Source of the DNA: Veleropilina oligotropha
Taxonomy: Eukaryota
Assembly (NCBI GenBank): GCA_048128005.1
Contig: JBEUKZ010000080.1
Span: forward strand, 62,001 to 126,000
DNA length: 64,000 nt
Reading direction: 5' to 3'
In this document: piece by piece, positions 22,554-36,367 of the stretch
Layout: each line of letters starts with the position of its first letter
How positions within the stretch are numbered: position 1 is the stretch's first letter
Notes under the pieces: model-generated
Seen by the model: the letters and a program-made list of their open reading frames with translations, nothing else
Told to the model about the DNA's origin: nothing
The model's database searches: none
Position numbers and translations under genes: made by a program

Positions 22554-23874
22554 TAGCGTTGAATAGTTCAGATAATACACGACTTGTCGAGGGCCGTGAG
22601 GCCCGAGACAGGAGTGTTTTCTCTGAACTATTCAACGCTATCGATTAGTTTATGTCACTTAAAACATTTCACCATTGTACAATAGCCTCATTCCCCACCA
22701 GGTACCTCTATTGTAGTTAATTGGAGTGCATTAGTTGAATGAAAGTCTTAATTGGCGTGTATTAGATGAATGCCTTTAAACTATTCAACTGCTGGGCCAA
22801 CAAAGCTTTGTTCTTCGATTGAATAGGCAGAATAAACAACTGCCCAGAACAATAGATGACGTCACAGAAATGTTTTAATCTCGAATAACTCACTATTTTC
22901 TACTGAAGGGAAAAGATACACCAGTACCCATCAAATTAGTACGACTCATTGCAGTATCATTTCGCACAACACATAATAATTATTTTGTGTCTCCAAAATG
23001 GTGGTTTACATTTCTGTTCCGTACTTTTCATTATGCAATGAAAATTAAACCACTTTTAATGCATAATAACTTTTAATGAGTCCGGCTGCTACAACAGTCG
23101 TGTGATTTGGTTTACAAACTCTGAAATCACTGACTTGAGTCCACTGACACGAACAGTAGTGGGTTCGAATATTGGTTGGACTAACTTCACTAAGTCTATC
23201 TATATAGTTAATATTACCTTGATTTTATAAATTTAACTACACTGTCAAATACATAAGGTCATATCAGCGGGGAGGCACTGGCAGTTTAAGGGTCCCCAGT
23301 ACAGGGTTAGCTAACCCTGCTTACTAATACACTGACTCTAATGCCCATAGAATATACTCCTAAACCCTAATGCCCATATTGTAAGGTAATGTACATAAAT
23401 CATGTCAAATTGGATTATTTATCATGGGTATATGAACGAATAGTACCCTGTGGACCCTTAAACTGCAAACTACCCTCAGCGGGTAACAAAACATACAGAC
23501 TACCCTATGATAACGAAAAATGTGTCATCACAACGGAAAATTCCATCGCCGACGAACATAAGCATATTCGCCAAAATTTAAATGATGCCAACTTTCATTC
23601 CTTTTCAGCCTGCGTGATTTAATTCACAAACCGGCAGATTTGCCTAGCGCCTGTGAAAGATGTACACACTCAGTCGTGTGTCTTCTGTTGCGCGTGACTC
23701 CATGCTCGCCGTTCTATGTTGTTTATTCAGCAATTTAATGTAATAAAGATCGAATTTTTCGGCGCGCTTGTGATTGACATGGAATTAAATCATGCAAAGT
23801 GTTCCGATACCTAAAACAACGAATGGTGTCTCGTATTATAATTATTACATGTAGTTCTTGTGACATCCTTATGA

Positions 23875-24127
23875 GGGCCGCTTCGGCAGCGCAGTGGGTA
23901 AGAGTGTCCACTCTAAATTCACTGGCTTGATTCCGCTAATGCGAACAGTAGTGGATTCAATACCTGGCTGAGGCATTGACATTTGTTCAAGTTATCAATC
24001 ACAGTTGTCCGTGACTGGCCGAAGAGGGCGGGTTTACCCGGGCGACCGGGGTTTCCTCCCGTGATAACACGGACATGTGCTGCCTTGAACCTCGATGTTG
24101 TAAATACCTCATACCTCCCTCCCTCCC
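23875..24127 (+). mobile_element. tRNA-derived SINE (family with copies at 44902, 62855 and 26305)
   Basis: A-box-like agcgcagtgg and B-box-like ggattcaatacc, ggtttcctccc core, CCT-rich tail, TSD-like acatcctt(a/g)tga. Confidence 0.75.
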
Positions 24128-24555
24128 ACATCCTTGTGAGGAAATATTTACAGGAGACTTCCATAATACTTCGACATATCCGAGTATTCAAGTTATCCAA
24201 GTTCGACCTATCATGGTTTAATTTAGAGATATTATACATTATTTCAACATTTATCCGCCTTCTAAGCAGCGATTGGCTAAGACGCGTTTTTCGACGTCAC
24301 GTGCCGTGAGGATAAAACTCCATACCCTCCTCCGACGCAAATTTATATCAGACTCGTAAACGTCACGGAACTAGCCGAAGAATAAATTGTTGCCGTCTGC
24401 CCTGTTTTCAAAACAAATCGATCAATAAAGAAATGCAAAGATGAACTTACCAAAAATCACCGTTCAGATAAAGAACTTAATTTTGTCACTGAGTTTATGC
24501 ACGAGTGTAAAGATAATCCGCTTTGTCCTGTAAAATCCACTTCGGGTCACGCAAT

Positions 24556-25520
24556 CAATTCAATTCAATTCAATTCAATTCAATTTATTAGTGCTTTAAA
24601 CACGAACGTGTTTTTAGCGTATCAAAAATACATATTATAGATTGCAGACAGGTACAATAACCATTACAGGTGTAATTTTATTAAATACACAAAGTCGCTG
24701 TGTTTATTTATCTATATTTCTATATATGAAGGAATATTGTTTCTATTTATATAAATATATAGTATATATACAAAATACGCAATTGTATGTTTTATACATA
24801 ATAATTACATAATTGAATTATTTTACATATATACATACATCGAATAAATGAAGATCTATTATATTTACTTGCATTGCTTAGTCAGCAGATACATATTTAT
24901 TGTACATATCGACAATATTACGACACGCATAAAATATTAACGTAACGCAAACTGAAACTCTTATCATATTTAGGTTCTTGGTTAAATTTTTATATATTGT
25001 TTCGTAACATAAGTGCTTGCTTTAGATATATGCCAAGCATAGATTGCGTTCGTAAAGAGTCAGATGACATTAGATTTACAAATTTCTGTAGAGTTGGCCA
25101 TTTGGTATAATATTTGGGCAGGTGTTTTAATCTAAGATCTCTATACTTTGAACACACCAACACAAAGTGATATTCGTCCTCTACCATACGCTGATTACAC
25201 TGTTGGCACAGTCGATGTTCTCTGATCGTTCCTTGCATTCGTCCATTTTCAATTTCTATTTTACAAGTACCACTTCGTATAAGAGCAATGTATCTTCTTG
25301 AATTACGGTTACTCAATGAAAGATATGTCGCTGTATTCATGGTGATTTTATACTTAACGTAAAAGTTTAGTTTCGATGTTAAGAGAACGGAGCTGTGCCA
25401 ACATTGTTGATATTGGTCATGTAATCGCTGAATCATTAGAGGTACGGATATATGTGATAAATCTGGCGAACACCAGTAATTGTTTAGTCCTAGTTCAAAT
25501 AAGAGTTCAAATCGCTTCAA
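24556..25520 (-). mobile_element. 3' fragment of a CR1/L2-group non-LTR retrotransposon
   Basis: C-terminal IEIENGR...RLCQQCNQRMVEDEYHFVLVC motif and an (ATTGA)n tail at ~24556-24585. Confidence 0.75.
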
Positions 25521-26009
25521 CCGAAACAGCTGATTCTCACTTCCAAGGAATCACGATCGAATGCAAGATATGTTTGACGACTTTGAACACGTCCCTCCTC
25601 AACAAGTAAACACAGTCCCACAGTCTCTAATATTCAATAACTGCACGATTAACTCATTGCATTCTCGATCATCACCATTGACAATTCGCATAAGTAATTT
25701 TGAATTTTGACATTTTGTTGTTGGGCTACTCGAATATTCAACGTCTCGCTGGGAACACTGTTGTAAACATGCCTGAGGTCACTCTCAAATTTAAATTTCG
25801 AAAAAAATTACATTTGTTAATTAATTGACTCGTTCCGGCTCGGCTGATGCCATATCGGAGGAGTTAGGATAACTTATAGTAACTCAGCCGGGACAAAGAC
25901 ATGACATCAACAAATCCCGGTATTCGAGTTATCATAGTTCGGCGCAACGCTGTTTAATTGTATACTAGTATTGAGTATACCGGATGAATAAATGTACTGT
26001 TGCGCCGAT

Positions 26010-26250
26010 ATTATTTCATGGAATGACGTGTGGGTGCTCAGCGCAAAATACACTCAACAATGGCTGTTGAATGGTTACGAGTAACACCAAAACAGGCACC
26101 ATTCTCAGATGTCGGTATGGATTACCTATTAGGTGCAATCGAAATTAAACATGGCAGTAGTTTTATGAAACATTATGGGGTTGGCATTCATTTGCCTATC
26201 AACAAGTGCTATTCATTTGGAAGTAGCTTCTTCCATGACTACAGATTCCT
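26010..26250 (+). pseudogene. BEL/Pao LTR retrotransposon integrase remnant
   Basis: RVTPKQAPFSDVGMDY..GAIEIK...KHYGV, then after a frameshift CLSTSAIHLEVASSMTTDS. Confidence 0.6.
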
Positions 26251-26304
26251 GTAGTAACGGTTGCGCTTCATATCAAAATCGGGAAAGAAAATGATCGATG
26301 TTTG

Positions 26305-26531
26305 ATGTCCTGTATATTTCCAAACATCATTTGATTCAAAGCAGGACATGTTCATATTATCGCGGGAGGAAAGCCTGGTCGCCCTGGGAAACCCGCACAA
26401 CTGTGATTCATAACTTCAACAAATGTGTGTGATGTCCTGCCGTGGTTTGAACCCACTGCTGTTCGCGTCAGCGGAATGAAGTCAGTGATTTCGGAGTCCA
26501 CAACCGATACCACACGACGGTCGAAGCGGCC
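26305..26531 (-). mobile_element. Diverged SINE copy
   Basis: Reverse-complement similarity to 23875-24107. Confidence 0.55.
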
Positions 26532-26849
26532 TATTAAAATGGGGAAATTTAATATTTAAATATTGGCACAGAGTCTGGTCACCTTGTGTAATTTGTCTAT
26601 TACTAGCAATATGATGTATCATGTCGGAAATGCATTGTACAAATTAACGTGTATACAACGTTTGTTAGACGGACGTGGAGTAACGGACCCTAAACCATAG
26701 TACCCCCCCCCCCCACACACACACACACATTCGTTTCCGGGGGATACAATAAAGGACGCAATTATTTATAACCTGGATTGGCTGTTTATTTACGATTGTT
26801 GAGACAACCATAAATCACCAGGTAGCCTACAAATTAAGTTAATCTCATT

Positions 26850-29602
<2,753 letters not shown>

Positions 29603-31269
29603 GTCAAGTCATTAACACAGGTGTAAATACAATTGCATAATCAGCTTACTCAAGACATTCACAAACACAAAATCTTGAGTATGTAATGGGCCGGTGGGTC
29701 ATGTTATGTAGGCCAAACTGAAACAATGCCATCTTAGGGCTACTACTATAGGTAATAATAAATCTGTGCGCTACTTGGAAACGGAAGGCATTTATAATTT
29801 AAATTATGCTATGGCATAATTATAGTTATAAATTTATTAACAATACTAGCCAGGTATTATATATATAATTATAAAATGCACATCAAATACAGAAGGGAAG
29901 TGCCGGACCAATTTTGATTAGACAATATTCGCTAATTGTGCACAATTTATTTATCTATTATGTATATTGCATGTATCACGAATTGCGCAGAATCGGAAAG
30001 CGCGTGTCTGATAACTAGACAATGAAGCTTTGCCTCTATTTATTTTGTTGCGGTCAATTACAGTTGTTTAAACGGGTTATGTTTTCGATTCGATAGTTAA
30101 GTATACAGAACTAGCATTGTTTAAGAACTGTTAATGATGTACTAGAACTTTAGAAATAATAAAATAATTGACAACAGAGAGCCAACGCAACAAGGGAATA
30201 GAAGAGCGACATAGTCTCAAACGCATAAATGGATGAAGACGATGATGATATATATATAATTCTACAACTAACTTTGCATTTACTAAATACTATGATATTA
30301 TGGAGTGCAAACGCGCTTATAACACAATCATGCCATCAGTATTTCTAGTCAGAAAAGGATGCGGAAACAGGGGTAACGAATTATCAAAACCGGTAAAAAT
30401 AATGATAATCAGTCTTGCTAAATCACCGATTTTTATAATTATTTATTATTTCTGGATACCCGATATTATATCCAACGCGACTATGTGTTAATTGCTAACA
30501 TATGTCGTGCGTTTTACGTCCAGAATGGACAGGTGAAATAGATAATAATCGTGTGTGATTTCGACAAACGGTGTCTCAATTTTATAATCTCCACGTTGTC
30601 TGCTCGTTGCGTTACCTGTATTTTAAGTATGTAGGCCTTTCTTCACGATACGATGAACATTTTTCATTTTAGGGATAACATTTAATACATATGCATCTCC
30701 TATGTACATATATATTACCTTATTTTAATAGATTTACGTTTTTTTAATATATTTGAGTGTATTTGAGTAAATAGACGCACCGACATATGTGTGACCTTAT
30801 TTGACCATTATAGTCATACTCTTCTCCCGGTTATATAACTGGTTTCCCTAGTTGGCTGAAGTTTACACAAGGAGAACTAAAATTAATCTATACTAATGCT
30901 TTAATTATAATTAAATGCCCATTTGATAGATATTTAATTACTCTAAATGATCTAATTACTCTAATTAACAATCTATTGTAGGGTGTCTGAACAGAATGTT
31001 TACTTAGGAGCCAGCCAGGATCGCAAATTCTTCCTGCAGATTGTTTACCAAGAGCAATAAACCTCAAGCATACAACTGAGGCTGGCGACCATAAAAATCG
31101 CCGACTGATAATTAGGTTTAACCTCGATGTGCCCGCCCGTCTGTAATTAGCAGGGGATTAATTAATTAGCAGGGGATTAATTCTTAGCAGCCGACTGCAC
31201 ATCAAGTTATAGTCTGTTGCAAATACTGATATGTGTTCACCAATTTAATATTTGATATGTGTTCATCTA

Positions 31270-31592
31270 GGTGTGGAGGCCGAGAAGTGTGGAACCACTT
31301 CGATACAGAGGGTTGCAGAACAACCAATCATCTTGAGGGATGGCATGGGAAGCTGAAGAAGTATGGACCCAGCCATCCCAACATGTATAAATTTGTCGAC
31401 ATCTTGAAACGCGAGCAAGATTCGTCCGAAATAATCCTTCTTCAAATTCAAGCTGGTGGTCGACTTCCACCGAAACGAAGGAAATATCGAAATTTAGACG
31501 CTGACATCAGAGCAGCAAAAGAAGAATTGCTAAGCGGTATGAAGAACGCAATCGAATATGCAGACACAGTGTCATATTATGTTGGACTTTAA
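31270..31592 (+). pseudogene. MULE transposase last-exon remnant
   Basis: VWNHFDTEGCRTTNHLEGWHGKLKK..SHPNMYKFVDILKREQ. Confidence 0.75.
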
Positions 31593-31828
31593 AGTATATA
31601 TTTTAGTATATAGCTTGTAGTATATAGTTGTAGTATATTGTATTATATCCTTATAGATTGTAGTATAAAACTTGTATTATTGTACATATTGCATTATATC
31701 CTTATTTATCAGATATGCTAGTTAATAAAAGAAAGTATATGAAACTGTACCCTTATTTATTGCACAAAAACAACACTACAAGAAAACCCAACTTATCTGT
31801 GTCGGGCTATAGCCAGGCTACAGCTTAA

Positions 31829-34800
31829 TAGTCCAGTCAATATATGGTTTTGACCCAGGACAAATTGCAAAAGAAATGAAACCACTTGCAATAGTTTCAT
31901 TAATACCATATTAATAACATATCAAAAGTTTACCACGGTCCTGGTAGGGGAAGTGGGTCAAATAGGGGGTGTTACATAATACGTCATCCGCCATTATAGA
32001 AAAACCTTATTTTTGATATATCTCTGCCCCTGATCATCCAAACTCACCAGAAATGGTGTCTACACCCATGTTTTAGGGGTCAAGGAATACAATGAAGGTA
32101 TTTCTAACAATCTCAACCCATTACGTAACACCAAATATGCTAATGAGCTTCCGCCATTGTACGGTGGAAATACCTTATGTGTCATTTTATGAAGCGTCTG
32201 AAATAACTCACCTGAGAGAATCGTTTTCCACAATGTTCACACTCGTGAGGACTCTCTCCTGTATGTGTCATTATGTGTGGATCTTGTGTCTCTTCAAATC
32301 ACTCATCCTCGTTCCTGCACTGCTGCCAACAGTTTCACTCATCGTCATCGTCATCGTCATCGTCCTCTTCCACTGGAATCTTTGAGCTATTGCTGCAGCT
32401 TGTCCCTCTGCATTGTCCACAGGCAGCGGTGCATTCTAGTCCATTGCATTTGCATGTGCACCTTTTACTATCACAGTCCGTTTTACAATTACAACGGAAG
32501 AGCTGCAGGAGCTTTTCTGGAGCCGGAGGTTTGTCAGTTTTCGTAGGCATTAAGCGTTCCTTTAGAAGCTCCCATCCCCATTCTTCTGGTTTCAAATGTT
32601 CAATATTCCCTCTCCACTCCTGAACCTGATAATACACCCTCAGGCTATGAAACCTAGCAGATGCCGATGTTGGTGGTAATGACCGTGCCTCAACGAACTT
32701 GGAACTTCTTATCACCTTTTCCTGGAAGCGTGTGTGCCTAAGTGAATCCAACCCCTTTTTCGGATCTCCTCCATATAGAACTACCAACGCTTTTTCTCCA
32801 GATTTGACGACATTGTCCTGGATTCCATTATCCTGCAGGAATACTTTGGCAACGGACTGAAACTCCACATTGCTTTTCACTTTTGTCAGCCCTGCAGCCT
32901 TGCCAATACCGTACAATCTAGATGTTGAGTCACACCCAAGAATGGCGTGACCGAAGAGCATGTCTAAACACAGCTGTAATCCAAGTTTTGTTTTGCAAGC
33001 CTTGATATCCCAAACTCTGGCAAGTTTTGTTGACGTGCTTTTGGGTTCAGGCTTAAAGTAAACCTGATGGCTGTTCATGTCAACATGATACAATAACAAG
33101 ATTAACAAATCTGTATCATCTCCCACAAGCACTGAAGCTTTCGACTTTGCCGATTCCACAGCAGTTTGCACAATGAGTACGTCGGCATCTCCCTTTGCAT
33201 GTTTGATCTCGCAGCCCGATTGCTCAAGATAAAAGCCCAGAAGTGACAGAAACCGATGTTTATTGGTACTGTTGGCTAGGAAGGCAGCTTTCTTCAAGGA
33301 CACGACCGTTTGGCCACTTGGTACAATATTGGGTCCCGCACCCTTACTGCGCCTCTGATGGGTTGCATCTTTTATGGATGGACCGTCATTATACCCGTCG
33401 AAGACTACTATTGGTCGTCCATACTTAGAGCAGACATAATGAACGTATCGCTGACAGACTGACTCAAAGGTTTCTCCCTTGGTCCATGGTATTCGCTGAA
33501 GTAGTGCTCCTCCATCAATAACATATCTTACATCTGATGGAATGTTCACTGCAGTGTCAGATCCGGGGTCAGGGCCTACTAGCTTCCAAATTGCTTCAGC
33601 TAGAACTGGTTTGTCTGCTTCCCGTGGCATTGACGATTGGTCGAACAGAGCTGCTGGGTTGGTACACAGTTCATATTGAAAAACGGATGCTGGGTCTTCA
33701 TACGATCCATTGGTAGCTAACACGCTGAGTCTTTGGAAAAGGAATTGGGGGTCTACTTGTACTGGTTCACCATCAACTTTCACGGCCGACTTTGCTCCGA
33801 TGGTAACAGCTTGCATTTTGCGCCGAAAGGAGTACGCGCACATGTCCTGCCCTACCATAGAATCTAAGATTAGCTGCCCAACGCGTTTTGCATCATCAAC
33901 ATTAACCTGATCACTTGCAACCAAACCGCTAACAAGACCACGAAGTGTGGTATCATTACCAAATGGGTCAAGAGCACTAAGAGTCTGCAAAACCTTGTAT
34001 GTATCCTCGCTGTCCCTCTTAATCCTTGATGGTGTAGAGTCTTTGTGTTGCTCACTGCTGTCACAGTTGATACCAGTTAGTTCCTGCATTGCCTGATTAA
34101 CTTTTGCGCAGGCAGGCATTAATAAGAGCCATACCAAACGCTGAAATTCAGTGAAACCTCTTCCCCGGGTGAGACCTCCACTGGTCTTCAAGCTCCTCAT
34201 CAGGACCTGCTCAATGATTAAATCTGTTGATAATCCTGCCCAATATCGATTGCTCCGTCTCACCACATGATTACCATTAAGGAAGTGTTCATGGACTATG
34301 GGGTGCGTCTTGGGTAGGTCCTTCATCATCTGTAGATAGATATAGGCAGATTTCGAGTAATGATTGTGGCCTGCAGCAGCAAAGTACGGAAGCATCTTCT
34401 GAACTGTTTGCAGGTGTAGGAGCCAGTTCCCCGTCCTCTCCGCCTTGATAAACGTGCGTAGTAGGCTCACCATTTCCATGTATTGCAGCCATAGTTTTGC
34501 TGTCCTGTGGTCCTTCATGGATTCTTTTTCAGCATCAAGTTTTTCCAAAATAGACCGAATTGCATCAGCGTACTCGGGCTGTGAGGCAGCCTCGTTATCA
34601 CCTGACATCTTGTGATACAAGTCTTTTGCTTTCAATAGGTCGGCTTCAAGGGCATGGACTTGGGCATCTTCATCTTCTCCATCGTTTCCTTCAGATGGTG
34701 GTCCAGTGTCGTCGTTGGATTCATTTTCATGTGTTGGAAGAGGCAAATTGTATGTATTCGCAATGAGCATCGTCTGCAGAGCTGCATATACCAAAAGGTG

Positions 34801-36367
34801 ACCGCGAATGGCGCGAGATATGGCCTTTCCTGTCATCATGGCTTTGACGGCGTTCTCTGCATATACTGTTTCAAGGACTTCTGCAAGGCCGGTGCCAGAC
34901 ATCAAGTCGCCAATGGATCCAAGGAAGCTCATTTGTGTATGAAGTCCGCCAAGTCTGACAACGACCTCCTTTAAAGAGCTCCAACTGGGTTCGGAGTCAA
35001 CAATCACCTTCGCTTTCCAAAAAAGTGGCTGGTCAAAGGTAATCACTGGATCTACACCATAGCGCTTTGCTTGATCACTTATGTATGTCAGAGTGGACAA
35101 AATGCACGACATGTTCCCGGGATCCAAATCGATGATCGGTAGAAACAGGATTGATGATATGCCATGGTGAGCACCTTTATGGAAACTCTGCATCATACCG
35201 GACCATGCTGGTCTTCGAGACTCCAGCATGAGAGATACATCCCAGAGAAGATCAATTTGATCAGTGCGGTCTGAAACCTCCATTGCTGCTAGTTCCTTGT
35301 AGGTTGTGACGGATTTGCCAGTGTGCTGTGACTGAAAGTACTTTATATTGATCCTACCAACCTGTTTGATATCTTCTGCCGAAACCTTTACCCTTGGTAT
35401 TGACTTTGATGGTAACTTCCCAGGAGAGAATGTGGCAATGATACCCATCCCGTGAAAGGTGTCTAAGCCGTCCAATGTTCTAATGTTGTGATCGACATTA
35501 TCGGCTATGAACTGGACAAACTGGTCTGGTTGTCTCTCTGGCAAATCTCCACCTTGCATTGCAGCACAACGTTCATAGGCTTGAACCTCAGAATATCCAA
35601 CACCAAATCCCCGCTTGTGCAGTGTATCTACTAAGTAGCGAGACGCGAACTTGCTGTGCATCTCCGCAGACAGACCGAACTGCATTGGTGCCAAAAGAAC
35701 TCGTGGGCGAGTTGCCTGCATGAGAGCTTGACCAAGTGATGCCTGCTTTAAATCCGTATCCTTCCCTGTAAACAACACCTGTAGAAATGACAGCAATGAC
35801 TTTGGTACAAATTCGAGGGCCCTTGTAGTAGAAGACATTTCATCACAAGTAGGATACGTGTCGGTATTCGAATCTAAACGCTTTATGTCATTCTTGATTA
35901 GTTTGGCAGCAGTCTGAATTATTCTGAGTTTCTCCGATTCTGAGTCATGAAACATGATTATATAAACTGTTTCTGGTGTGTTTGGTGATCAGTGGCAGAG
36001 ATATATAAAAAATAAGGTATTTCCGGGCAATGGCGGAAGCTCATTAGCATATTTGGTGTTACGTAATGGGTTGAGATTGTTAGAAATACCTTCATTGTAT
36101 TCCTTGACCCCTAAAACATGGGTGTAGACACCATTTCTGGTGAGTTTGGATGATCAGGGGCAGAGATATATCAAAAATAAGGTTTTTCTATAATGGCGGA
36201 TGACGTATTATGTAACACCCCCTATTTGACCCACTTCCCCTACCAGGACCGTGGTAAACTTTTGATATGTTATTAATATGGTATCAATGAAACTATTACA
36301 AGTGGTTTCTATTCTTTTGCAATTTGTCCTGGGTTGAGCCCCTTTTTTCACTAGATTGACTGGACTA
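31829..36367 (-). mobile_element. Academ (AcademX-type) DNA transposon
   Basis: TAGTCCAGTCAA...TTGACTGGACTA termini, ~350-bp TIRs (31829-32178 / 36012-36367) and a 3-bp TAA TSD. Confidence 0.85.
32335..35955 (-). CDS. Academ transposase with XPG/FEN-like nuclease domain and C-terminal Cys-rich finger (1206 aa, probably lacking its N-terminus)
   Basis: ADNVDHN, ITFDQPL, RLGGLH, STDLIIEQ, DADVLIV, DDTDLLILL, GCDSTSRLYGIGK and CNCKTDCDSKRCTC...C...C..C....CSN. Confidence 0.85.
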   Translation of the reverse strand: MFHDSESEKLRIIQTAAKLIKNDIKRLDSNTDTYPTCDEMSSTTRALEFVPKSLLSFLQVLFTGKDTDLKQASLGQALMQATRPRVLLAPMQFGLSAEMHSKFASRYLVDTLHKRGFGVGYSEVQAYERCAAMQGGDLPERQPDQFVQFIADNVDHNIRTLDGLDTFHGMGIIATFSPGKLPSKSIPRVKVSAEDIKQVGRINIKYFQSQHTGKSVTTYKELAAMEVSDRTDQIDLLWDVSLMLESRRPAWSGMMQSFHKGAHHGISSILFLPIIDLDPGNMSCILSTLTYISDQAKRYGVDPVITFDQPLFWKAKVIVDSEPSWSSLKEVVVRLGGLHTQMSFLGSIGDLMSGTGLAEVLETVYAENAVKAMMTGKAISRAIRGHLLVYAALQTMLIANTYNLPLPTHENESNDDTGPPSEGNDGEDEDAQVHALEADLLKAKDLYHKMSGDNEAASQPEYADAIRSILEKLDAEKESMKDHRTAKLWLQYMEMVSLLRTFIKAERTGNWLLHLQTVQKMLPYFAAAGHNHYSKSAYIYLQMMKDLPKTHPIVHEHFLNGNHVVRRSNRYWAGLSTDLIIEQVLMRSLKTSGGLTRGRGFTEFQRLVWLLLMPACAKVNQAMQELTGINCDSSEQHKDSTPSRIKRDSEDTYKVLQTLSALDPFGNDTTLRGLVSGLVASDQVNVDDAKRVGQLILDSMVGQDMCAYSFRRKMQAVTIGAKSAVKVDGEPVQVDPQFLFQRLSVLATNGSYEDPASVFQYELCTNPAALFDQSSMPREADKPVLAEAIWKLVGPDPGSDTAVNIPSDVRYVIDGGALLQRIPWTKGETFESVCQRYVHYVCSKYGRPIVVFDGYNDGPSIKDATHQRRSKGAGPNIVPSGQTVVSLKKAAFLANSTNKHRFLSLLGFYLEQSGCEIKHAKGDADVLIVQTAVESAKSKASVLVGDDTDLLILLLYHVDMNSHQVYFKPEPKSTSTKLARVWDIKACKTKLGLQLCLDMLFGHAILGCDSTSRLYGIGKAAGLTKVKSNVEFQSVAKVFLQDNGIQDNVVKSGEKALVVLYGGDPKKGLDSLRHTRFQEKVIRSSKFVEARSLPPTSASARFHSLRVYYQVQEWRGNIEHLKPEEWGWELLKERLMPTKTDKPPAPEKLLQLFRCNCKTDCDSKRCTCKCNGLECTAACGQCRGTSCSNSSKIPVEEDDDDDDDDE

